A stretch of 22,307 bases of DNA, taken from Gemmatimonadota bacterium. Lineage in GTDB: Bacteria; Gemmatimonadota; Gemmatimonadetes; Gemmatimonadales; GWC2-71-9. A program made the translations under genes and the position numbers. The notes beneath the pieces are model-generated. The model did no database searches. It was given only the letters and a program-made list of their open reading frames with translations, and was not told the DNA's origin. The stretch spans positions 1 to 22,307 of the forward strand of contig JAZDCY010000077.1 of the NCBI GenBank assembly GCA_036679645.1, written 5' to 3'. Shown here piece after piece: positions 1-7,544 of this stretch; position 1 is the first letter of the stretch, and each line of letters begins with the position of its first letter.

Positions 1-364
1 CCGCCCCCGCCCCCGTCCCACGCACCGTTCCGTAGACCGCTGGCGGTGCTCCCGCCACCCGCAACAGCTCGGCAGCGACCCCGAGGTCGGCGAGGTGAGC
101 GCGAATGTACTCGGCGTTCCGGCTGATTCCTGCGGAGTCCCGCGCGACGTTGGGGAGCGCCAGCAACTCGGCGAACCCGCGCAGGATCGCCGCCCCATGT
201 GCCTCGCGATAGGCTCGCGCGACCGCAAGACCGTCGGTCTGTGCGACAGCGGGCAGCGTCACCGAGGCTAGGCCGGTGAGGGCGAGGCTGAAGAGGGGAA
301 TCCACCCTCCGGGCAGGTGGCGCCGGTCAGGAGATTCCGGGGCGCGGGGGGAGGGGGGGCGCAC
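1..364 (-). CDS. M20/M25/M40 family metallopeptidase, secreted; N-terminal part only, runs off the left edge
   Basis: Not in the ORF track. Manual minus-strand translation: ...WIPLFSLALTGLASVTLPAVA|QTDGLAVARAYREAHGAAILRGFAELLALPNVARDSAGISRNAEYIRAHLADLGVAAELLRVAGAPPAVYGTVR..., a typical M20 N-terminus (LLALPNV, NAEYI, PPAVYG). Start uncertain (GTG 364 or TTG 370). Confidence 0.75.
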   Translation of the reverse strand, partial: MRPPSPRAPESPDRRHLPGGWIPLFSLALTGLASVTLPAVAQTDGLAVARAYREAHGAAILRGFAELLALPNVARDSAGISRNAEYIRAHLADLGVAAELLRVAGAPPAVYGTVRGTGAGA

Positions 365-437
365 GCACAAAAGTAACACCGCGTGCAAGGGGACGGGAAC
401 GATTCCGAACCCGCTGGCCCGATCCCCACGTTCGGGG

Positions 438-872
438 CTACCGCATTCCGGGGCCCGCTCCTGGTGGTCGCCGGCCTCCCGGCCCGAACCGACGTCCGCG
501 GCGGAACAACTCCATCTCGTCGAGCTGTTCGCGCTGCTGCGCCGTCAGGACGTTGCGCACGCGCTGCTGCACCGAGTCCATGACGACCCGCACTCGCGGC
601 ATCCATGCGTTCATGAGCGAATCGGTGAGCGGCCGGCTTTCTCGGAAGATCTGTTCGATCTGTTCGCGCTGTGCCTCGCTCAGGTCGAGCCGATCGAAGA
701 GCCCGCGAAACCCACCGGGTGGCCGCATGAACTCCCCCGGTGGTGCTCCCACCCGGGACGCGCGCACGCGTTCACCCGCTGCGCCCGCGAGCGCGCCGAC
801 AACGACGGCGACCGCGAGGAGCACGATCCCTTGCAGCCGAATCCGTCCCAGGGACTCGATTCCGTCGGTCAT
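438..872 (-). CDS. Spy/CpxP-like (LTxxQ) membrane-anchored periplasmic helical protein
   Basis: N-terminal TM (GIVLLAVAVVVGALAGAAG); two LTxxQ-type motifs (LDLSEAQREQI, VLTAQQREQL); ATGA overlap with the upstream gene at 869-872. Confidence 0.75.
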   Translation of the reverse strand: MTDGIESLGRIRLQGIVLLAVAVVVGALAGAAGERVRASRVGAPPGEFMRPPGGFRGLFDRLDLSEAQREQIEQIFRESRPLTDSLMNAWMPRVRVVMDSVQQRVRNVLTAQQREQLDEMELFRRGRRFGPGGRRPPGAGPGMR

Positions 873-1240
873 TGTGCTGCCCCCTCACCTTCTCCCGCGA
901 GGCCCGCAAGCAGGTCCGCCGGCGTCGGGGTCCCGCCTCCGGTCACCCACTCGGCCAGCCCCTGCGGAACCCCCATCGCGATGGCGAATCCCTGGGACCG
1001 GTCGTCATTTGCTGGTGTCGTGACCTGGGTCAGCACCGCGACGGACGCGATCACGATTGCCGCGGCGGCTGCCAGCATGGGCCGCCGCCACCCGGCGATC
1101 TGACCGAACGCGGAGGTCCGCGCGCGGCGCCGGGCCAGCTCCAGTGCCGCTCGGTCCCCGATCGACGCGACGACACGTTCGAAGTGCTTGCGGTCCGCGG
1201 TTGGATCCAGCGGGCTGAAATCCATCCGGTCGTCATTCAT
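869..1240 (-). CDS. putative single-pass anti-sigma factor
   Basis: Overlaps the ECF sigma stop (1233-1240). Short cytoplasmic N-terminus, one TM (PMLAAAAAIVIASVAVL) preceded by WRR, small extracytoplasmic tail. Confidence 0.7.
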   Translation of the reverse strand: MNDDRMDFSPLDPTADRKHFERVVASIGDRAALELARRRARTSAFGQIAGWRRPMLAAAAAIVIASVAVLTQVTTPANDDRSQGFAIAMGVPQGLAEWVTGGGTPTPADLLAGLAGEGEGAAQ

Positions 1241-1784
1241 TGATGAACTCCTTCCATGTCGCTCTCCCTAGACGCTCGCGTAAGGCGCGACGCGCGACGA
1301 ACAGGTGCTGTCGAGCCATGACTTCCGAGATGCCGAGCGCCTCGGCGATCTCACGGTGTTTCCATCCTTCCAGGTCGTGCAGCAGCACGACCTCGCGTTG
1401 GGCGTCGGTAAGCGTCTCGAGGGCTGTCTCGAGGCGGGCTCGCAAGTCCGACCGCTCCGACGCGTCATCCGTACGCTCGCGCGACGCGGCAGCTACCACC
1501 TCCAGGTCCGGCCCGTCGCGGACCCGCTCGTAGTCACGCAGGTTACGCGCGCGGTTCCGCACGATTTGGAGTAGCCAGCCGCCGAACCGGTCCGGTTGGC
1601 AGTCGTCGAGCCGCTCGAGCGCACGGATGAAGGCATCTTGGCAGGCATCCTCCGCGTCCATGGGATTGTTGAACACGCCAAGTGCCGTGGCGTAGGCCGC
1701 GCGGTAGAAGCGTCGGACCAGCCCCTCGAACGCCGCCGTGTCCCCGCGGCGGGCGCGCACGACCAGCTCCCTGACGTCGGCCAT
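1233..1784 (-). CDS. ECF-family RNA polymerase sigma-70 factor
   Basis: Region 2 (GDTAAFEGLVRRF, DAEDACQDAF, FGGWLLQIVRN) and region 4 (LTDAQREVVLLHDLEGWKHREIAEALGIS). ATG 1784 is preferred over the ORF-track start at 1817, which lies inside the predicted promoter. Confidence 0.95.
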   Translation of the reverse strand: MADVRELVVRARRGDTAAFEGLVRRFYRAAYATALGVFNNPMDAEDACQDAFIRALERLDDCQPDRFGGWLLQIVRNRARNLRDYERVRDGPDLEVVAAASRERTDDASERSDLRARLETALETLTDAQREVVLLHDLEGWKHREIAEALGISEVMARQHLFVARRALRERLGRATWKEFINE

Positions 1785-1798
1785 TCCTCTATACCCAG

Positions 1799-1823
1799 GA
1801 CATACGGCGGTCACCAAGCGTTA
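1799..1823 (-). promoter_or_regulatory. putative ECF promoter (autoregulatory) TAAC-N17-TGTC
   Basis: Minus strand reads TAAC gcttggtgaccgccgta TGTC, ending 14 nt upstream of ATG 1784; same architecture as the site at 1863-1887. Confidence 0.6.
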
Positions 1824-1862
1824 GGTGCGCGCGGCGGGCGGGCGATCTCGCCATCGTGGCGG

Positions 1863-1887
1863 TAACACTTTGGGGTGCCCGCTTGTC
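1863..1887 (+). promoter_or_regulatory. putative ECF promoter TAAC-N17-TGTC for the lipoprotein gene
   Basis: TAAC actttggggtgcccgct TGTC, 40 nt upstream of ATG 1928; AAC at -35 and GTC at -10 are typical ECF promoter cores. Confidence 0.6.
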
Positions 1888-1927
1888 ATTGTATCGAAGC
1901 GCCACGAGAGTAACTAGAGGGGGACAG

Positions 1928-2563
1928 ATGAGACGCAGGATATTCCAGTCAACATGGCGGGTTGTGGGCGCGCTGACAGTAGCCGCGCTGCCCGCCGCGG
2001 CACTGGCGTGCGGCGACTCGCTGGGTGCAGAAACCGAGCTGGGAACGAGCCTGGCCGCGGTACAGCAGGACGGGATCGCCGGCACGTGGCAGTTCAATCG
2101 GGAGGCCAGCGATCCCCCGCCCGGACGGGACGGGTCACGGCAGAACCGCGCTGGCGGCCAGCGGCACGGTGGGCGAGGTGGCCCGCCGGGACGCGGTGGG
2201 GGCCGGATGGGCCGGGGCCAGGGTGGCTCGGGGCAGATGGATGGTGAGCGGGGAGTGCTGACGATTGTCGTCGAGGACGGCTCTGTGACGCTGACGCGCG
2301 GAAACGGCCAGTCGGTCACGCTGCCCACCGATGGACAGAGGGTCACGCTGGACGGTGCCCGCGGTGGTGAGATCGAGATCACAGCCTCGTGGGATGGAGG
2401 CGCCCTGGTCGTCCAGCACACGGCGTCCAAAGGGTCGCGCGTGGAGACGTTTACGCTCTCCGCCGACGGGACGCAGCTCGTCGTGATAACCACGATGACC
2501 GGCGATCAGTTCGATGGGACACGTGAACACCGCCGCGTATACGATCCAATTACCGATTCGTAG
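1928..2563 (+). CDS. putative lipoprotein with a lipocalin/FABP-like beta-barrel and a Gly/Arg-rich insert
   Basis: SD GAGGGG before ATG 1928; signal MRRR...AALA-C (lipobox); IAGTWQFNREASD (GxW strand), beta-rich C-half ending VETFTLSADG...RRVYD. Confidence 0.75.
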   Translation: MRRRIFQSTWRVVGALTVAALPAAALACGDSLGAETELGTSLAAVQQDGIAGTWQFNREASDPPPGRDGSRQNRAGGQRHGGRGGPPGRGGGRMGRGQGGSGQMDGERGVLTIVVEDGSVTLTRGNGQSVTLPTDGQRVTLDGARGGEIEITASWDGGALVVQHTASKGSRVETFTLSADGTQLVVITTMTGDQFDGTREHRRVYDPITDS

Positions 2564-2586
2564 GCGCTTCCTGAACGCGGTGGTGC

Positions 2587-2622
2587 GAAGGCCCCGGAGC
2601 TTGGCTTCGGGGTCTTCTTCTT
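2587..2622 (+). terminator. rho-independent terminator
   Basis: GAAGGCCCCGGAG-cttgg-CTTCGGGGTCTTC 13-bp stem (2 G-U pairs) followed by TTCTT, 23 nt after stop 2563. Confidence 0.7.
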
Positions 2623-2753
2623 GTCGGATGACTGGCGAGCCCCCGGCGCGCTGAGTACGTTTTTTGCCGGTAGCCGCTGTGCACGGGTTACTTCCCAGTA
2701 CAAGACAAGAACGTCGGGCTCCGGTCCGCGCATGATAGAGAGGACAATCCCAT

Positions 2754-3776
2754 ATGCCCACGCTGGATCTCGAGGCCACCGCACGGGCCATGGTCGCTCC
2801 CGGGAAGGGCATTCTCGCGGCCGACGAGAGCTTCCCAACCATCGAGAAACGATTCAAGCAAATCGACATCCCGTCGACCGAAGACAACCGGCGCGCATAC
2901 CGCGAGATGCTGTTTACCGCGCCCGGGATCGGCGACTTCATCAGCGGCGTCATCACGTTCGAGGAGACCCTCAGTCATGCCTCGCAGGACGGGACTCCGT
3001 TTCCCAAGCTGCTCGAGCAAGCGGGCGTCATCGCTGGAGTCAAAGTCGACAAGGGTGCCAAGGCGTTGGCCGGTTTCGATGGCGAGAAGGTGACGGAAGG
3101 GTTGGACGGCCTGCGCGACCGCCTGGCGAAGTACCGGGACCTCGGGGCCCGGTTCACCAAGTGGCGAGCGGTCATCACGATCGGCCAAGGCTTACCTACG
3201 GCATTCGATATCGAGGCCAACGCGCACGGACTGGCACGGTACGCCGCGCTGAGCCAGGAGGCCGGGCTCGTCCCTATCGTGGAGCCGGAGGTGCTGATGG
3301 ATGGTGACCATGACGGCGAGCGCTGCGAAGAGGTGACGCTGACGACGCTCAAGACGGTGTTCCACCACCTGCACCAGCACCGCGTGTCGCTCGAGGGCAT
3401 GCTGCTCAAGCCGAACATGGTGATTCCAGGCAAGAACAGCGCGAATCGTTGGGACGTCGAGCAGGTCGCCGAGGCGACGGCGCGCTGCCTGAGCCGGAGT
3501 GTGCCGGTGTCGGTTCCGGGGATCGTGTTCCTCTCCGGCGGGCAGACACCGGAAGAAGCGACGGCGCACCTCAACGCCATGAATGCGCTGGGCGATCACC
3601 CGTGGGAGCTGAGTTATTCATACGGTCGCGCACTGCAGGATGCTGCAATCAAGATCTGGGCAGGCGACAGCGGGAACATCGTCGCCGCGCAGAAGGCTTT
3701 TGCCCACCGTGGCAAGTGCGTGAGTGCCGCACGCTACGGGAAGTACACGCAGCAGATGGAGATGGCGATCGCGTGA
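2754..3776 (+). CDS. fba: class I fructose-bisphosphate aldolase (glycolytic, eukaryote-like family)
   Basis: Motifs GKGILAADES, KVDKG, KWRAV, PIVEPEV, LLKPNM (Schiff-base Lys), FLSGGQ, SYGRALQ; 340 aa. Confidence 0.97.
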   Translation: MPTLDLEATARAMVAPGKGILAADESFPTIEKRFKQIDIPSTEDNRRAYREMLFTAPGIGDFISGVITFEETLSHASQDGTPFPKLLEQAGVIAGVKVDKGAKALAGFDGEKVTEGLDGLRDRLAKYRDLGARFTKWRAVITIGQGLPTAFDIEANAHGLARYAALSQEAGLVPIVEPEVLMDGDHDGERCEEVTLTTLKTVFHHLHQHRVSLEGMLLKPNMVIPGKNSANRWDVEQVAEATARCLSRSVPVSVPGIVFLSGGQTPEEATAHLNAMNALGDHPWELSYSYGRALQDAAIKIWAGDSGNIVAAQKAFAHRGKCVSAARYGKYTQQMEMAIA

Positions 3777-3864
3777 GCGGTACGCGGTGAGCCGTTGAGG
3801 TGCGTCATGGGCGGGTAGTAGATACGAATCTGTTGCCCGTCTCTTTACGTACTACTTTGTAACG

Positions 3865-5454
3865 ATGCCAAGTCCCATTACTGCCGAGTTCCTTGCTCTT
3901 CAGGAGATCCTGGCGGGCCGGTACTCGATCGAGCGCGAACTCGGTCGGGGGGGAATGGGTGTGGTGCTTCTCGCGCGGGACGTGGCGCTGGATCGGTTGG
4001 TTGCGATCAAGCTGTTGCCCCCGGAGTTGGCGTCAGATCCGGCGCCACGCGAGCAGTTTCTGCGCGAGGCGCGCACCTCGGCAGGGCTATCCCATCCGAA
4101 CATCGTCCCCATCCACGCGGTCGAGGAACATGGGGAGTTGGTGTTTTTCGTCATGGGATACGTGGACGGGGAGACGTTACGCGACCGCGTCGAGCGGGCC
4201 GGCCCGCTCACGCCGCGCTACGCAATGAAGATGATCCAGGAAGTGGCCTGGGCGCTCGCCTACGCGCATCAGCGCGGGATCGTGCATCGGGACATCAAGC
4301 CCGACAACATCATGATCGAGCAGGCGACCGATCGCGCCATGGTCACCGATTTTGGTATCGCACAGGTACAGCGTGGAGAGGACGATGCGCCCACGGGCGA
4401 GATCATCGGCACGGCGCGCTACATGAGTCCGGAACAGGCGTGTGGCGAACAGGTGGACGCGCGCAGTGATCTCTATTCGCTGGGCGCGACGTTTTTCTGG
4501 GCGCTCACCGGTCGTCCCCCGTTCGACGCCGCGAACCTGCCGGCCGTACTCGCGAAGCATGTCTCCGAGCCGCCGCCCGCCATCAAGTCCGTCCGGCCGG
4601 AGGTCCCGCCCAAGCTGGCATCACTCATCGACCAGTGTTTGGAAAAGGCGCCCGACCGCCGTCCGCAATCTGGGGACGACATCGCGCGCATGGCGGGCGA
4701 AGCGCGCGGGCGGGACTTTCGTGCGCCCCCGTTGGTGCGGAGCTTCGTGCGCAACGCGGAAATCTCGACCATGGTCGTCCTTGCGGCGGTCATTGGTGGC
4801 ACCGGCGTGAGCGTGGGTAACGGCAACGTCGAAGTCATCGGCGCGGGTCCGGGGGTCATCGGGACGATCCTCATCATTCAGTTGGTGCTTCTCGCGCGGC
4901 GGTTACTGCGGGAAGGGTACGCGTTCAGCGACATCCGCGCGGCCCTCCTGGCGGAAGCGAAGGTGCAGGAGGAGGAAGCCGAGGCCATCTTGAAGCGGCG
5001 CTGGTTGCGGCGACTCGACGGCATGTGGCATCGGTTGTGGGCCGGCAAGTTCGGTCGCTGGTTCTTCCGGGTAGCCGGGAGAGGGATCGCGCCGCCGGAC
5101 CAATCGGTGCTGCCATCCGCCGACGCCACCGAGTTCGTGCTCGGCCGGTCGGCGCTGGACGTATACCGGGCGCTGCCCAGCGACACGCGTATGCACGCGC
5201 GCGAGGTGCCCGCGGTGGTGGAGCGGTTGGAGTCACGCGCTGAGGCGTTACGCGCGCGCGGCAAGACCGGCAGGGAACTGCAGGACACCGTTGCCGCACT
5301 CGAGAACGTGCGCCTGGCACTGCTTCGTTTGCGTGTCGGAGCGGGCAGCGTGCAGGATCTGACGCTGCAGTTGGAGAAGGCGCGTCAGATTGGGGAGGTC
5401 GTGGACCGGCAGTTGGAAGCGCGGCGGGAAGTCGATCGGATGCTCGAGACGTGA
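3865..5454 (+). CDS. Hanks-type Ser/Thr protein kinase with membrane segments and a helical C-terminal tail
   Basis: LGRGGMG, VAIK, HPNIV, HRDIKPDN, DFG, GTARYMSPE, DLYSLG; two hydrophobic segments after the kinase domain, then a basic Trp-rich helix and a coiled-coil-like tail. Confidence 0.95.
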   Translation: MPSPITAEFLALQEILAGRYSIERELGRGGMGVVLLARDVALDRLVAIKLLPPELASDPAPREQFLREARTSAGLSHPNIVPIHAVEEHGELVFFVMGYVDGETLRDRVERAGPLTPRYAMKMIQEVAWALAYAHQRGIVHRDIKPDNIMIEQATDRAMVTDFGIAQVQRGEDDAPTGEIIGTARYMSPEQACGEQVDARSDLYSLGATFFWALTGRPPFDAANLPAVLAKHVSEPPPAIKSVRPEVPPKLASLIDQCLEKAPDRRPQSGDDIARMAGEARGRDFRAPPLVRSFVRNAEISTMVVLAAVIGGTGVSVGNGNVEVIGAGPGVIGTILIIQLVLLARRLLREGYAFSDIRAALLAEAKVQEEEAEAILKRRWLRRLDGMWHRLWAGKFGRWFFRVAGRGIAPPDQSVLPSADATEFVLGRSALDVYRALPSDTRMHAREVPAVVERLESRAEALRARGKTGRELQDTVAALENVRLALLRLRVGAGSVQDLTLQLEKARQIGEVVDRQLEARREVDRMLET

Positions 5455-5502
5455 GCGAGTGGTCGAACGGTTGGGAAGAAGCGTGTCGCGTGAATATGTT
5501 GC

Positions 5503-5795
5503 CATTGACGGCGTAGCAGCCGTTGATGTGCAGGTTGACCTGTGGTCACCTACGCTACAGGCTCGTAGTGAACCGAGTCCACCGCTCCGTTGCACTGCTC
5601 ACCAGCTGTCGCACCGCTCGTCGGAATGGGGACGAGGAGCGACTCCTGCTGTAGGGCACCCGGTAGAGACCGGAAACTGAGGCCCGCGAGCGCATGACGC
5701 TCGCCGTTCGTACACCCCCGTGCAGGTGTGTTGAAGCAGGCGATCGGTCATGAAGCCGATAGTGGCGCTCGGGATTTGAGATCCCTGTCCTTCCA
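5503..5795 (+). ncRNA. candidate structured RNA or 5' leader of unknown family
   Basis: About ten short hairpins plus nested long-range helices in the 375-nt gap between the kinase and the Zn-ribbon operon; wobble pairs are G-U on the + strand. Folded by eye only. Confidence 0.3.
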
Positions 5796-5829
5796 GTGAG
5801 ACAACGCGAAGTGCATTATTGGGCTTCCA

Positions 5830-6426
5830 GTGACGATGGACGTTGACTTGATGGTGGATGAGATGGCCGACCTCACTGAGAAACTGGACGCTCTCGAGCA
5901 CAAGCTGCACAGCAGTGTCGGTGACGTGCTCGAACTTGCGCGCCAGACTCCGCCCGCCGGTACGCCAGCATGGATTGCCCTGATGGCGAGCGTGGGTGTT
6001 GAGCCGCTCGGGCTGCGCCAGCGTGAGCAGGCGCTCCGAACCGGCTTTCAGTTCCATCGGGGCGCCCTCCCGGTCGAAGTGCGCATGGTCCTGGAACGGA
6101 TCAGAGACGACGTGTCGACCCGTAGCCGGACCGTCGCGGAACCCGCGGACGTCCTCACTGGCGAAACTGCACGAGCGTATGTCGAGAGTTTCCAGCGGCG
6201 ACTGGACGAACTCGTCGAAACACGGCTCCAGGACTACGTCGATGCCATCAAGCCTGCCGCGTCGGTGAACGCGATTTTCGCGAACGCGTTGGCGTCAACC
6301 AAGAAATTCACTGCGGAAGGCTCGGGCAGCCAGACAAAGACGTGCGACTGCTGCGGCGCCGGACGACCGGCTGACACCGATCTCCGAACATGTGCGTTCT
6401 GCGGCACGCCGTTCTTCAGACAATGA
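5830..6426 (+). CDS. hypothetical helical protein with a C-terminal Zn ribbon
   Basis: C-terminus KTCDCCGAGRPADTDLRTCAFCGTPF (CxxC...CxxC); stop overlaps the next ATG (ATGA 6423-6426). Start GTG 5830 or ATG 5836. Confidence 0.85.
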   Translation: MTMDVDLMVDEMADLTEKLDALEHKLHSSVGDVLELARQTPPAGTPAWIALMASVGVEPLGLRQREQALRTGFQFHRGALPVEVRMVLERIRDDVSTRSRTVAEPADVLTGETARAYVESFQRRLDELVETRLQDYVDAIKPAASVNAIFANALASTKKFTAEGSGSQTKTCDCCGAGRPADTDLRTCAFCGTPFFRQ

Positions 6427-7544
6427 CTCAAACCGGTGGGTTCATGGCTGTGGGGCAAATCGAGGCCGCGAGGAAGCGTTGGAAGAGTTTTCTCTCCAAG
6501 ATCGAAGAGCGCTTCGGCGAAATCACGCGCCATGCCGAGGACGGGTGTCTCCAAATGCTGGACCTGGCGAATCTGGATTATCTGCCGATGAACAACGCAT
6601 GGATCGGCGTGAGTGCTCAATTGCGAGCGCTGATCGACAAGATCGAGAACACCTGGGATGCGAGCGTTTCAGACGTCTTCGAGGAGGCCTACGACGACGA
6701 CGATCCAGACGGTGATGCGGCGTTGGAGTTCCGTTCAGGGGAGGAGTTGACGGCGCGGCTCGAACGCGAAATGGCGCGCGTCGAGGCCGACGTGTACGAG
6801 AAAGCGGCGGTCAAACTAATCGAGGCCGCCAAGGCGGAATTGACCAAAGACTTCGCCTGTACGCAATGCCAGGCCACCCTTCCCATCCAGGAGAACATCT
6901 TCCGGTCGTACTTCGTTACGTGCCAGTACTGCGGAACGGTGAATACGTTTGAGCCCGGAACCAAGGTACGCCAGGTTGAATCCGTATGCGCCGACTGGAT
7001 CGCTGCGGCCGACGCGTTTGATGAAGAAATGACCATGCACCAGCTGATGGATGACGTCCACGGCGCGCCGGCGGGAATGCTTCAGCAGCTGGAGGAGGCG
7101 ACCAAGACCTATTGGACCAAGCTGTACGGAAAACGCGCCGAGTTGGTCCCCGCGTTCGCGGCTTCCCGGGAAAAGGACATTGCCGCTCGAATGAGAGCGC
7201 TCTATGTAGATCTCAGTGGGGAAGACAATTGGAAACCGGCAGACCCCACGGCACTGCGGTTCACGGAGGCGCAGATCGTAGAGCACCTCATGAGCGTGGG
7301 CAAGGGCGTCGCGGACGCGGGCGACTATCCACAGGACCTGTTGAAACAGTTCGTCGCGGGCAATCATGACAATGTCCGCGAGTGGCTCGCGGCGTTGTGG
7401 GAAGACCGAGTCGAGCAAGAAGTCCTGGCGGCGTACGAAGACGACGTGGTGCTGTTCCGGCAGGTCATGCCGACCCCATCGTTCGTGTTTTACGATGGGT
7501 TCCTCGATCAGATGGGGGCATTGTACGGTGAGCCTGAAGGATGA
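6423..7544 (+). CDS. hypothetical acidic helical protein with a central Zn ribbon
   Basis: FACTQCQATL...VTCQYCGTVNTFEPG; Trp-studded helices on both sides; no signal peptide or TM. Start ATG 6423 (coupled to the upstream stop) or 6444. Confidence 0.85.
   Translation: MTQTGGFMAVGQIEAARKRWKSFLSKIEERFGEITRHAEDGCLQMLDLANLDYLPMNNAWIGVSAQLRALIDKIENTWDASVSDVFEEAYDDDDPDGDAALEFRSGEELTARLEREMARVEADVYEKAAVKLIEAAKAELTKDFACTQCQATLPIQENIFRSYFVTCQYCGTVNTFEPGTKVRQVESVCADWIAAADAFDEEMTMHQLMDDVHGAPAGMLQQLEEATKTYWTKLYGKRAELVPAFAASREKDIAARMRALYVDLSGEDNWKPADPTALRFTEAQIVEHLMSVGKGVADAGDYPQDLLKQFVAGNHDNVREWLAALWEDRVEQEVLAAYEDDVVLFRQVMPTPSFVFYDGFLDQMGALYGEPEG

Noticed and set aside
5455..5610. Minus-strand protein-like fragment (QVNLHINGCYAVNGNIFT)
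   Set aside because: Interrupted by stops and matches no family I recognise; it remains an alternative explanation for the structured region.
5646..5682. Hammerhead-like or c-di-GMP-riboswitch-like hairpin followed by GAAAC
   Set aside because: The CTGANGA core and the GGCAAA/GACGCAAA motifs are absent.
5628..5795. tRNA/tmRNA-like ends (GGGGACG ... GGGAT-ttgag-ATCCC TGTCCTT CCA)
   Set aside because: The T-loop is 5 nt and lacks TTCRA, there is no discriminator base, the acceptor stem needs three G-U pairs, and 168 nt fits neither tRNA nor tmRNA.
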